Positions 41,363-50,317 of a stretch of DNA of 64,000 nt are shown one piece after another. The stretch lies in the NCBI GenBank assembly GCA_963727445.1, contig CAVSGI010000014.1:352001-416000 (forward strand), read 5' to 3'. The DNA is from an uncultured delta proteobacterium (GTDB lineage: Bacteria > Myxococcota_A > Polyangia > Polyangiales > B10-G4). How positions within the stretch are numbered: the first letter of the stretch is position 1; every line of letters begins with the position of its first letter. Below the pieces are notes generated by a model, which worked only from the letters and a program-made list of their open reading frames with translations, was not told the DNA's origin and did no database searches. The position numbers and the translations under genes were made by a program.

Positions 41363-43906
41363 ATGCGCCGTCTCGGCACCTGCCTTTTGGTCCTGCTCTG
41401 CCTCGCGAGCCTCGGGTTCGAGTGGGAAGGCCGGCTGGGACGTCTGAGACGCGACCTGGCGAACGGGGACGCGGCGCGGCGGCGCGAGGTGGTGCGCCTG
41501 CTCGGGAGCTACCCGGCCAGCGAGGTGGGCGACGCCATCATCGACGCCCTCGACGATCCCGACGCTGGCGTGCGCGCCGAGGCGGCCGACGCCGCCGGAC
41601 GGGTGCGCCTGCGCGAAGCGGTGCCGCGGCTCCTCGACTGGCTGGACGATTCGGACGCCGACGTGCGCACCAGCGCGGCGCGCGCCCTCGGTCGCATCGG
41701 CGACGCGCGCACGGTGACGCCGCTGGTGCGCGTCCTCGGCGATTCCAATGCGGACGTGCGTCGCGCGGCGGTGCAGGCGCTGGCGAGCATCGGCACGCCC
41801 GCGGTGGTGGTGCCGCTCCTCGGTCGCCTCGACGACACCAGCGCGACCGTGCGCATCGAAGCGGCGGAGGTGCTCGGCGCCCTCGGCGACCCGCGCGCGG
41901 TGGTGCCGCTCGTGGGGCGGGCGCGGGACGACGCGCCCGAGGTGCGAAACGCTGTCTACGCGGCCCTGGGCGAGATCGGCGACAGCCGTGGGCTCGCCGC
42001 GCTCCTGATGGGCCTTCGCGATCCGGTCGGTGACTCGCAGCTGGTGGCCATCGGCGCGCTGGGGCGTCTCGGCGCAGAGTCGGCTGTGGAGCCGCTGGTG
42101 GCGGCCCTCGCGGATCCGGATCCGCGCCACGGGCGCGCGGTGGTCGCGGCGCTCGGCTCCATCGAGGGCGAGGCCGCGACGCGCGCCGTCGTCCAGGCGC
42201 TCGCGCCGCCGCGCACCCGTGCGCTGGCCGCCGACGTGCTGGTGAGCCGCGCGCGGCGCCTCAGGCGCGAGCGCCCCGCGGAGCGCGACGCCTTCGTGAT
42301 GACGTTGGCGGAGTCGCTCTCGGCCGCCGAAAATCGCGGTGAGGCCACGGCCATCGCCAGCGTGCTGTCGCGCATCCTCGCCGACGCGCCGGTCGCGGCC
42401 GCCGCCGCGCCGCTCCTCGCGGCCCTCGACAGCGACCTCGGCAACGAGGGACAGCTCCTCACCGCGGCCGCCGCCACCGGCGCCCCCGAGGTGCTGGTCC
42501 CCATCCTCGCCCGCCTTCGCTCGGACGACGAGGGCGCGCTCGAGGCGAGCCTCGACGCCCTCGACCGCTACTTCGAGCGCGCGCCCCCGGACGGGCGCGC
42601 GGCCGACCCGCTCCTCTCCGCTTTGGGCCGCGTCCCGCACGCCCTGCGGGCGCGCGTGGTCCGCCTCCTCGGGGTGGTGGGCGCGCGACGCGCCCTGCCC
42701 GAGCTCCGCCCCCTCCTCAATCACCCCGACCCGCGCCTGCGCCGCGTGGCGGTCGAAGCGATCGGTGCCATCGGCGATCCCGAAGGCGCCGAAGCCATCC
42801 TCGCGCTCCTCGACGACCGCGACGGCCGCACGCGCTTCGAGGCCGCGCGCGCCCTCGGCGCCGCGGCCGGCCCCGACACGGTGAGCGCGCTGATCGATGC
42901 GCTCGGGCAGAGCGAGCCGACGGACCGCCACGCGGTGATCGAGGCGCTGGGCGCGGCGCTCGCGCGCCTCGCGGCGGCGGGCGCGCTCGAGGAGAGCGTC
43001 GGGGCGCGCGCGCGCGAAGCGCTCGCGGCTGCGGCGCGCGGGGATGACGATCAGCTCGCGGCGCGCGCCATCGACGCGCTCGGGCGCTGGGGCGCGCCCG
43101 AGGGCGCGGCCGACCTCGCTGCGTTGATGACGCATCCGGACCCGCCGCGGCGCCGCGCAGCGGCGCACGCGCTCGGGGGCATCGACGTGGACGCGAGCCG
43201 CGAGGCGCTGCGCGGTGCGCTCGACGGCGACGACGAGGCGCTGCGCGCGGCTGCGGCGGTCGCGCTCGGGACCATCGGCACGCGTCAGGACGTGGCGCCG
43301 ATGATCGCGCTCGCCGAGCGCTCGCGCTGGCCGACGCAGGGAGCGGCCTCTTTCGCGCTCGCGCGCCTCGCGCGGCGCGGAGTCGCCGAAGCACAGACGC
43401 TCGGGCCGGCGCTCTGCGCGCTCTCTGCGAAGCGGGGACCCTATGTGCGCGCCAACGTCGCGACCGCGCTCGCGGCGCTGGGCCTGGGCGCATGCCCGGA
43501 AGGGCCGGCGCCCACCGACTGGCTCGACAACCGGCGCGCAGCGCCGGTGCAGGCGGCGGCGGCGCGCTGGCTGGCGGCGGCAGCCGCGGCTGGAAACGCC
43601 GATCCCGAAGAGGCGCGACGTGCGCTCGACGCGTGTATGGACCGCGCGCTCTCCGACGAGGTCTCGGCCACCTGCGCCGCTCCCGAGCTCCGCCCCCTGG
43701 ACGCCGAGGCCGACATCTACGCCTGGTCGGCCGACGGGACCCGGCTGCTGCGCGATCGGCTGGTGGCCCTCCGGCTCTCCGACGGATCGGTGATGCTGGG
43801 GCGCACCGACGACAACGGCCACGTGCGCCTGTCGCGCGTGCCAGCCGGGCGCCTGGTCCTCGACGACCCGGCCGCGACCCCCCTCGAGCCAGCCCTGCAC
43901 GACTGA
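41363..43906 (+). CDS. HEAT-repeat (PBS lyase-like) exported protein
   Basis: Signal peptide; many DxDxxVRxxAAxALG repeats. Confidence 0.88.
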   Translation: MRRLGTCLLVLLCLASLGFEWEGRLGRLRRDLANGDAARRREVVRLLGSYPASEVGDAIIDALDDPDAGVRAEAADAAGRVRLREAVPRLLDWLDDSDADVRTSAARALGRIGDARTVTPLVRVLGDSNADVRRAAVQALASIGTPAVVVPLLGRLDDTSATVRIEAAEVLGALGDPRAVVPLVGRARDDAPEVRNAVYAALGEIGDSRGLAALLMGLRDPVGDSQLVAIGALGRLGAESAVEPLVAALADPDPRHGRAVVAALGSIEGEAATRAVVQALAPPRTRALAADVLVSRARRLRRERPAERDAFVMTLAESLSAAENRGEATAIASVLSRILADAPVAAAAAPLLAALDSDLGNEGQLLTAAAATGAPEVLVPILARLRSDDEGALEASLDALDRYFERAPPDGRAADPLLSALGRVPHALRARVVRLLGVVGARRALPELRPLLNHPDPRLRRVAVEAIGAIGDPEGAEAILALLDDRDGRTRFEAARALGAAAGPDTVSALIDALGQSEPTDRHAVIEALGAALARLAAAGALEESVGARAREALAAAARGDDDQLAARAIDALGRWGAPEGAADLAALMTHPDPPRRRAAAHALGGIDVDASREALRGALDGDDEALRAAAAVALGTIGTRQDVAPMIALAERSRWPTQGAASFALARLARRGVAEAQTLGPALCALSAKRGPYVRANVATALAALGLGACPEGPAPTDWLDNRRAAPVQAAAARWLAAAAAAGNADPEEARRALDACMDRALSDEVSATCAAPELRPLDAEADIYAWSADGTRLLRDRLVALRLSDGSVMLGRTDDNGHVRLSRVPAGRLVLDDPAATPLEPALHD

Positions 43907-44205
43907 ACGGGAACGGGAACGGGAACGGGAACGGGAACGGGAACGGGAACGGGACTGGGAACGGGACTGGGAACGGGAATGGGAACGGGAACGGGAACGG
44001 GAACGGGAACGGGAACGGGAACGGGAACGGGAGCGGGAACGGGAATGGGAACGGGAACGGGAACGGGAACGGGACTGGGAACGGGACTGGGACTGGGAAC
44101 GGGACTGGGAACGGGACTGGGAACGGGAACGGGAACGGGAACGGGAACGGGAACGGGAACGGGAACGGGAACGGGAACGGGAACGGGAACGGGAACGGGA
44201 ACGGG
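43905..44205 (+). repeat. Non-coding hexamer tandem repeat, about 50 units (GGGAAC with GGGACT/GGGAAT/GGGAGC variants)
   Basis: Directly visible; begins inside the HEAT gene's TGA. Confidence 0.97.
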
Positions 44206-44221
44206 TTGAATCCGTTTGATC

Positions 44222-44290
44222 GTGTTTCTTGGTCATCGCTGAGACCCCTTCTTGGGTGGGAAAGGGGTCTCAGCGATGACCAAGAAACAC
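44222..44290 (+). promoter_or_regulatory. Perfect 29-bp inverted repeat sequestering the SD and ATG of four-helix-bundle gene A
   Basis: GTGTTTCTTGGTCATCGCTGAGACCCCTT - CTTGGGTGGGA - AAGGGGTCTCAGCGATGACCAAGAAACAC. Confidence 0.85.
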
Positions 44291-44617
44291 TCTGATCGGA
44301 TGATTCATCACAACTTGCGGGTCTGGCAGCGCGCACATTCGCTCGTGGGGCTCGTGTACGCGAACTTGCCGAAGGATGCGGAGCTTCGATCGCAAGTGAA
44401 GCGAGCTTCGACCTCTGTCGGCGCGAACATCGCCGAAGGGTGCACGCAAAGCTCGAGAGCGATGCGCCGCAAGCATTACGAGATCGCCCGCGGGTCGGCT
44501 GTGGAGACGGTTGCTTGCTTCGAACTGGCCGAAGCCACCGGCGATCGCCTCCCCGTCGAGGAGGTCCGGAGCCACGGCGCCGCCATCGCGGCGATGCTCA
44601 CGAAGATGCTGCGGTGA
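44276..44617 (+). CDS. Four-helix-bundle protein A (23S rRNA IVP/TIGR02436 family, Avd-like fold)
   Basis: NLRVWQRA...LRSQVKRASTSVGANIAEG...YEIARGSAVE family signature. Confidence 0.9.
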   Translation: MTKKHSDRMIHHNLRVWQRAHSLVGLVYANLPKDAELRSQVKRASTSVGANIAEGCTQSSRAMRRKHYEIARGSAVETVACFELAEATGDRLPVEEVRSHGAAIAAMLTKMLR

Positions 44618-44622
44618 ACATA

Positions 44623-44658
44623 CGAGAGCCCGGAGGGTTTTCGCCCTCCGGGCTCTCG
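44623..44658. terminator. 15-bp perfect hairpin between the convergent four-helix genes (probable shared terminator)
   Basis: CGAGAGCCCGGAGGG-TTTTCG-CCCTCCGGGCTCTCG; no long U-tail on either side. Confidence 0.7.
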
Positions 44659-44661
44659 CGC

Positions 44662-44988
44662 TCAGCCGTGGATCATCCGCCAGAGCGAAGCGGCGGCATG
44701 GTCGAAGCGGTCGTCGGCTGACGCGCTCTCCATCGCGGTGATGTAGCCCCAGGCGACCGCGATGCGGAGTGCCTGCTTGGCTTCGCGCGCCGAGTTCATG
44801 GCGACCGAGAGGTGCTCCGCTCGGTGCCCCTTGCGTGCCCACTCCCCTTCGGCTGCATTGAGCGCCGCGGAGCTCGCCGCGCGCCTCAGCTGCGAGGCGA
44901 GGTCGCGATCTTGGGGTTGGAATCTTTCGGCCAGAGGTCGGGTGACCTCGATGGCTTGGAGGAGGATGTCGTGGACCAGCTTGCTCAT
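44662..44988 (-). CDS. Four-helix-bundle protein B (IVP/TIGR02436 family)
   Basis: DRDLASQLRRAASSAALNAAEG...AMNSARE...AVAWGYI signature; AAAGGAG RBS. Confidence 0.9.
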   Translation of the reverse strand: MSKLVHDILLQAIEVTRPLAERFQPQDRDLASQLRRAASSAALNAAEGEWARKGHRAEHLSVAMNSAREAKQALRIAVAWGYITAMESASADDRFDHAAASLWRMIHG

Positions 44989-44990
44989 GA

Positions 44991-45068
44991 GGTGTCGCTC
45001 CTTTCGCCCGCGTCAGGGGGCTTTGCCCGCCCGAAGGGCCCCCTGACGCGGGCGAAAGGAGCGGCACC
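44991..45068 (-). promoter_or_regulatory. 31-bp inverted repeat (one mismatch) sequestering the SD of four-helix-bundle gene B
   Basis: Minus strand GGTGCCGCTCCTTTCGCCCGCGTCAGGGGGC - CCTTCGGGCGGGCAAA - GCCCCCTGACGCGGGCGAAAGGAGCGACACC-TC-ATG. Confidence 0.85.
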
Positions 45069-45114
45069 GACAGCCCATGAAACAGACCCGAGCGCAGCGA
45101 AGGGGGCCGAGACG

Positions 45115-45232
45115 ACGGGAACGGGAACGGGAACGGGAACGGGAATGGGAGCGGGAACGGGAGCGGGAGCGGGAATGGGAGTGGGAATGGGAGCGGGAGC
45201 GGGAGCGGGAACGGGAATGGGAATGGGAGTGG
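45115..45232 (+). repeat. Non-coding hexamer tandem repeat GGGARY, about 19-20 units
   Basis: GGGAAC/GGGAAT/GGGAGC/GGGAGT directly visible. Confidence 0.95.
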
Positions 45233-45296
45233 AATTCACGGCCTCCTCGACACTCCCCGGCCGGCGCGTTAAGTAAGCCGCCCACTCGGTCCCGCC

Positions 45297-46746
45297 ATGC
45301 GCTACGTCGTCCAGACCTTCGGTTGTCAGATGAACGTGCACGACTCTCGTCGCATGGAGGAGGTGCTGCGCGGCGAGGGGCATGCGCCCGCCGAGGACGG
45401 CTCGGTGGCCGACCTGGTCATCGTCAACACCTGCTCGATCCGCGAAAAGGCCGAGCACAAGCTGATGAGCCTCCTCGGGACGCTCCGCCCGTGGAAGGAG
45501 TCCAAGCGGGGCGCGGTGCTCGCCGTCGCCGGCTGCGTGGCGCAGCAGGAGGGCGAGCGGCTGCTGACGAAGGCGCCCTACGTCGACGTGGTGATCGGGC
45601 CGGACAACATCCCCGAGCTCCCGCGGCTGATCCGCGCGGCGCGGAACGGCGCGCCGCCGGTGGCCCGCACCGTCTTCGACGACGACGATCCGCGCTTCCT
45701 GGTCGCGCGCCCGCGCGCCGAGGAGCCCGAGGTCACCGCCTTCGTGACCGTCATGAAGGGCTGCGACGAGCGCTGCACCTATTGCATCGTCCCCCACACG
45801 CGCGGCGACGAGCGCTACCGGCCGGCTGGCGAGATCGTCGACGAGATCGCGCGCCTCGTCGAAGGCGGCGTGCGCGAGGTGACGCTCCTCGGGCAGACGG
45901 TGAACTCCTGGCATCCGCCCGACGAACAGGTGCCCTCCGAATCCGCCGGACGCCGAAGCCGAGCTCCCCTCGCGCTTCGCCTCGACGAGCCGCTTCGCGG
46001 AGCTGCTTCACCGAATCGCCAGCGAGGTGCCGGCGCTGGCGCGGCTTCGCTACACCTCGCCGCATCCGCGGCACGTGACGCCCGCGCTTCTTCGCGCCCA
46101 CGCAGAGCTCGAGGTGATGCCCGCCCACGTGCACCTGCCCGTGCAGTCGGGCTCGGACCGGGTGCTGAGGCGCATGCTCCGCCGCTACACGCGCTCGCTC
46201 TACGTCGATCGCGCCCGCGCGCTGATGGACGCGCGCCCCGGCCTCACCCTCGCCACCGACATCATCGTGGGCTTCCCCGGTGAGACCGAAGAGGACTTCC
46301 GCGAGACGCTGAGCCTGGTGGAGGAGGTGGGCTTCGTCTCGGCCTTCTGCTTCAAGTACTCGCCGCGCCCGTATACCCCGGCCCTCAAGCTCGGCGACGA
46401 CATCCCCGAAGAGGTCAAGGCCGAGCGCCTCGCCCGCCTCTTCGAAGCGGTGGAGAAGATCCAGCGCCGCCACCTGGACGCGCTGGTCGGCACCCGACAG
46501 CACGTGCTCGTCGAAGGGCTCACGCCGCACGACAAGAACGGCGACGGGCGCTTCACCGGTCGCACCACGCGGAACGAGATCGTGCATCTGCTCGCGCCGG
46601 CGGAGCTCGACCCGACGGGAACCATCGTCGAAGTGAACGTCGACGCTGCCAACAAGCACAGCCTCCTCGGCTCGATGGACGGTGGCGTCCCGACGCGGCG
46701 CTCGCGGAAGACGCGCGCCTCCCTGCCGATCCTGGCGGGGGCGTGA
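45297..46746 (+). CDS. miaB: tRNA methylthiotransferase MiaB (frameshift between about 45930 and 45990)
   Basis: QTFGCQMNVHDS, NTCSIREKAE, GCVAQ, CDERCTYC radical SAM motif, RYTSPHP, HLPVQSGS, DIIVGFPGETEEDF, TRAM domain. Confidence 0.95.
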
Positions 46747-47159
46747 GCACGATGTCGGCGCGCGCGTCGCGTCTCGCCCTGGCGTGGGCGCCGGCGCTCG
46801 CCTACATGGCGCTCATCTGGGGTCTGTCGTCGATCCAGATCGACGTGGTGCGCGTGTCGGCATTCCCCCTCAAGGACAAGGGCGTGCACTTCTGCGAGTA
46901 CGGCGCCCTCGGCTTCCTCTCGGCGCACGCGGTGCGCACCACCTGGGCCAACCGCCGCCTGTGGCGCGTGTACGCCACCGCCGTGCTCATCACCTTTGCC
47001 TGGGGGATCTTGGACGAGTTCCACCAGGCCTTCGTCCCGGGGCGCTTCGCCGAGGTCTACGACGCCCTCGCCGACCTCCTCGGCGCGATGACCGGCGCCG
47101 CGGCGTACCTCTTCTTCTTCAACCTGCGCGCGCGACGACGCGCCCGGAGACGCGCATGA
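46743..47159 (+). CDS. VanZ-like family membrane protein
   Basis: DKGVHFCEYGALG, DEFHQAFVPGR, DALAD. Confidence 0.85.
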   Translation: MSTMSARASRLALAWAPALAYMALIWGLSSIQIDVVRVSAFPLKDKGVHFCEYGALGFLSAHAVRTTWANRRLWRVYATAVLITFAWGILDEFHQAFVPGRFAEVYDALADLLGAMTGAAAYLFFFNLRARRRARRRA

Positions 47160-47683
47160 GTCACGAGCCCACCATCGTCAGCTACCGCGGCACGCTCCCG
47201 CGCTTCGACGAGCGGGTGTACGTCGCGCCCACCGCCTCGGTTATCGGCGACGTCCACGTCGGTGAGGACGCGAGCCTGTGGTTCGGCGCCGTGCTGCGGG
47301 GCGACGTTCAGCCGATCACCATCGGGCCGCGCACATCGATCCAGGACAACTCGGTCATCCACGCCACCGATGGTTGGGTGCCGACGGTGGTGGGCGCCGA
47401 CGTGACCGTCGGACACATGGTCATCCTTCACGGCTGCACCATCGAGGAGCGCGTCCTGGTCGGCATGGGCTCGATCATCATGGACGAGGCGACGGTCGGC
47501 TCCGACACCATCGTGGGCGCGGGCTCGCTGATCACCGCCAAGCAGAAGATCCCCTCGGGCGTCTTGGCCCTGGGGCGACCCGCGAAGGTGATTCGAGAGC
47601 TGACTCCGGCCGAGCTAAAGCAGATCCGCGACTCCGCAGCGCACTACGTGAACAAGGGGCACGAATACCTGAACGTGCTATGA
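47156..47683 (+). CDS. Gamma carbonic anhydrase family (YrdA-like)
   Basis: VIGDV, VLRGD, IQDNSVIH, VGHMVILHGC hexapeptide repeats. Confidence 0.92.
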   Translation: MSHEPTIVSYRGTLPRFDERVYVAPTASVIGDVHVGEDASLWFGAVLRGDVQPITIGPRTSIQDNSVIHATDGWVPTVVGADVTVGHMVILHGCTIEERVLVGMGSIIMDEATVGSDTIVGAGSLITAKQKIPSGVLALGRPAKVIRELTPAELKQIRDSAAHYVNKGHEYLNVL

Positions 47684-47690
47684 TCGGAGT

Positions 47691-48269
47691 GTGCGACTCC
47701 CCCGCACGTCGTTCGTCGCTTTCGCGGTCACGCTGATCGTCGCCACCGTCGCCCTCGCTGCGCCGCCAGGTCTACGCCAAGCGCCCGATCCGACGCCGCC
47801 TGCGTCGGGTGGCTCATCGACCACTCAGCTGGGCGCCTCCGTCGGCGTCTCGGCGCCCGATCTGACGGTCTCGAAGCTCAGCGGCGACGACCCGGCGGAT
47901 CTGGGGCAGCTCGCGGGCCGCGTGGTGATCCTCGAGTTCTGGGCGACGTGGTGCGGGGCCTGCCAGGCGCTCTCGGGCGTGCTTCGCGCGCTGCACCACG
48001 ACCGCCACGACGACGGTCTCACCGTGCTCGCCGTGAGCAACGAGCCCGAGGATCGGATCCGCGCCCACATCGCGCGACAGCCGCTCGGCTTCACCGTCGC
48101 CCGCGACCTCGGCCCCACCTCCGCCCGCTACCGCGTCCGCTCCCTGCCCACCGTCGTGCTCATCGGGCGCGATGGCAAGGTGCGCCACCTGATGGTGGGG
48201 GCGAGCGGTCGGGGAGTGATGGACCTGGTCACCAAGGTCGAACGGGAGCTGGACGAGCCCGCGCCCTGA
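47691..48269 (+). CDS. TlpA/ResA thioredoxin-like protein
   Basis: FWATWCGAC, LPTVVLIGRDG. Confidence 0.88.
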   Translation: MRLPRTSFVAFAVTLIVATVALAAPPGLRQAPDPTPPASGGSSTTQLGASVGVSAPDLTVSKLSGDDPADLGQLAGRVVILEFWATWCGACQALSGVLRALHHDRHDDGLTVLAVSNEPEDRIRAHIARQPLGFTVARDLGPTSARYRVRSLPTVVLIGRDGKVRHLMVGASGRGVMDLVTKVERELDEPAP

Positions 48270-48282
48270 GTGACCCACCGCG

Positions 48283-49692
48283 ATGGACCAGGTCCTCTCT
48301 GACTTCGTGGAGGTGTGCCGGCGCAGCGGTCTGCCCGCCTCGCCGATCCAGAGCATCGATCTGAGGCGCGCGGCGATGGCGGTCGGTCTGGGCGACGCCG
48401 AGACGACCAGGGCGGCCTTCCGCGCGGTCATGGTGGAAGACCCGTCGCAGGTCACGCTCTTCGACCGCGCCTTCGACGCGTTCTTCCGCGTGGGGCCGGG
48501 CGCGGGCGCGGGCGTGGTGGCGCGCGGCGCGGGCGCGCTCGAGGAGGGTGAGCTCGAGGCGATGCTCGACGCCATCGACGCGGCGATGCGGGCCACCGAA
48601 GGGGCGAACGCCACCGACGCGATGATCGCCGTGGCGACAGGGGGCGCGGCCCTCGACCGCGTGCTCCGAAACGCCGCCGACGCGGCCGGCGTGGGATCGA
48701 TGCGCGGGCCCATGCAGATCGGCTACTTCACGCAGCGCACCCTCGAGACGCTCGGGGTCGAGACCCTGCGCGAGGCGCTCCCCGACGTGGAATCTGCGCT
48801 CGAGGCGCGGGTTGGGGCCGAGCGCGCGGCGGCGCTCCTCTCCGTTCTGCGGGACGAGCTCGACGGCCTGAGGTCTGCCGCGCGCGCCGTGGTCGACGCG
48901 GAGTTCCTGCGGCGAAACGCGAACCTGCGCGAGTCCTTCAGGCGCCGCATCCTCGCCGAAAAGCGCTTCACCCAGCTTCGTCCCGACGAGGTGGAGGCCG
49001 TGTCCCGGGAGGTCGAGCGCCTCGCCGAACGGCTCCGGGGGCGGCTCGCCGTGCGACGCAAGCGCCAGCGACGCGGGCGCATCGACGTGCGCAAGACCAT
49101 CCGCGCTTCGTACCGGACGGGCGGGGTCCCGATCGCGCCGGTCTTCGTGAAGAAGCCCCCCAAGCGCCCGCGCCTGACTGTGCTCTGCGACGTGAGCGAC
49201 TCGGTGCGCTTCGCGGCGCGCTTCCTGCTCACGTTGACCTGGGCGATGCAGGAGTCTTTCACCCGCACCCGCACCTTCGCCTTCGTGTCGGACCTGGGCG
49301 AGACGACGCACCTGATGGACCGCCACCGGGTCGAGGAAGCGATCGAGCTTGTCTACGCCGGCGCCGCGGTGAGCGTCGCCAGCGGCAGCGACTACGGCAA
49401 GGCGCTCGGGGTCTTCGAATCGCGCTTCATGAGCGCGGTCGATCCGCGGACGACGGTGGTGATCGTCGGCGACGGGCGGACGAACTACCTCGACCCCAAC
49501 GTCGACGCGCTCCGCACGATCGCGCGCCGGGCCGCCCGGGTCCTGTGGCTCAACCCCGAGCCGCGGGCGAGCTGGGGCTTCGGGGACAGCGCCATGGAGC
49601 GCTATCTACCGCTCGTCGACGAGGCCCTGCCGGTCGCGGATCTCGCGTCACTCCAGGTCGCGGTGGACGCCATCCTGGCCAGCACCGACTGA
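48283..49692 (+). CDS. VWA domain protein (CoxE-like)
   Basis: IDVRKTIR, LCDVSDS MIDAS motif, SDYG, GDGRTN, WLNPE. Confidence 0.88.
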   Translation: MDQVLSDFVEVCRRSGLPASPIQSIDLRRAAMAVGLGDAETTRAAFRAVMVEDPSQVTLFDRAFDAFFRVGPGAGAGVVARGAGALEEGELEAMLDAIDAAMRATEGANATDAMIAVATGGAALDRVLRNAADAAGVGSMRGPMQIGYFTQRTLETLGVETLREALPDVESALEARVGAERAAALLSVLRDELDGLRSAARAVVDAEFLRRNANLRESFRRRILAEKRFTQLRPDEVEAVSREVERLAERLRGRLAVRRKRQRRGRIDVRKTIRASYRTGGVPIAPVFVKKPPKRPRLTVLCDVSDSVRFAARFLLTLTWAMQESFTRTRTFAFVSDLGETTHLMDRHRVEEAIELVYAGAAVSVASGSDYGKALGVFESRFMSAVDPRTTVVIVGDGRTNYLDPNVDALRTIARRAARVLWLNPEPRASWGFGDSAMERYLPLVDEALPVADLASLQVAVDAILASTD

Positions 49693-49694
49693 GC

Positions 49695-49734
49695 CTTCAC
49701 ACTTCTTCACAGCCGAGCGCGCCCTCCCTTCACA
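49695..49734 (+). promoter_or_regulatory. Direct repeats CTTCACA (49695, 49705, 49728): likely OmpR/CpxR-type operator
   Basis: TTCAC-N5-TTCAC at 10-bp spacing immediately upstream of the operon encoding an OmpR-family regulator. Confidence 0.6.
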
Positions 49735-49777
49735 CCGGGCCCCAATCCTGTTCTTCGACACAGGAGGACCCCAGGAA

Positions 49778-50305
49778 ATGATCGGATTCGCAATCGGTTT
49801 GTCGTGCCTCATCGGGCTCGTCTTCGTACTTCGACGAGGACGACGCGCCTACTGGGGCCACCACGGGCATCATCACCACCACGGCTGCGGCTACCGCGGC
49901 CACCACCATCATCATGGACGTCATGGCTGGGGCCCTCGCGGCGACGGCCGGATGGGCATGCTCTGGCACCTCTTCGAGCGCCTCGACACCACCCCCGGTC
50001 AGGAGAAGGTGATCCGCGAGGCCGTCGAAGAGCTCCGCGAGACCGCCCGCGGCATGCGCCGCGAGATGCGGGCGAGCGGCGACGACGTCTCCCGCGCCAT
50101 GCGAGGCGAGAGCTTCGACGAGACCGTCATGGGCGACATGTTCGCGCGCCACGACGACCGCATCCGCGAGCTCCAGAAGGCCTTCGTGGGCGCGATGGCG
50201 AAGATCCACGACGCCCTCGACGAGCGGCAGCGCGCCCGCCTCGCCGACTTTCTCGAGTCGGGGCCCCGCATGGGCTTCGGCGGTCCCTACCGTGGCTGGG
50301 TCTGA
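49778..50305 (+). CDS. His-rich Spy/CpxP-like (heavy-metal sensor-type) protein
   Basis: N-terminal TM, poly-His, LDTTPGQ and LDERQR (LTxxQ-like) motifs. Confidence 0.75.
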   Translation: MIGFAIGLSCLIGLVFVLRRGRRAYWGHHGHHHHHGCGYRGHHHHHGRHGWGPRGDGRMGMLWHLFERLDTTPGQEKVIREAVEELRETARGMRREMRASGDDVSRAMRGESFDETVMGDMFARHDDRIRELQKAFVGAMAKIHDALDERQRARLADFLESGPRMGFGGPYRGWV

Positions 50306-50317
50306 AGGAGGCGTCGG

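Noticed and set aside
43979..44209. (Gly-Thr)n, (Gly-Asn)n, (Arg-Ser)n and (Phe-Pro)n ORFs over the repeat tracts
   Set aside because: They are stop-free by-products of hexamer repeats, with no RBS or domain content.
44276..44988. 23S rRNA intervening sequence
   Set aside because: No rRNA sequence flanks these genes; the family name is historical.
43905..45232. CRISPR array or diversity-generating retroelement
   Set aside because: The repeats are contiguous hexamers without spacers and there are no cas genes. Although the fold is Avd-like, no reverse transcriptase or TR/VR pair is visible in the window.
39533..46746. lepA and miaB as true pseudogenes or programmed frameshifts
   Set aside because: All motifs are intact, no slippery heptamers were noticed at the breaks, and similar indels are scattered across the window. 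Sequencing error is more parsimonious.
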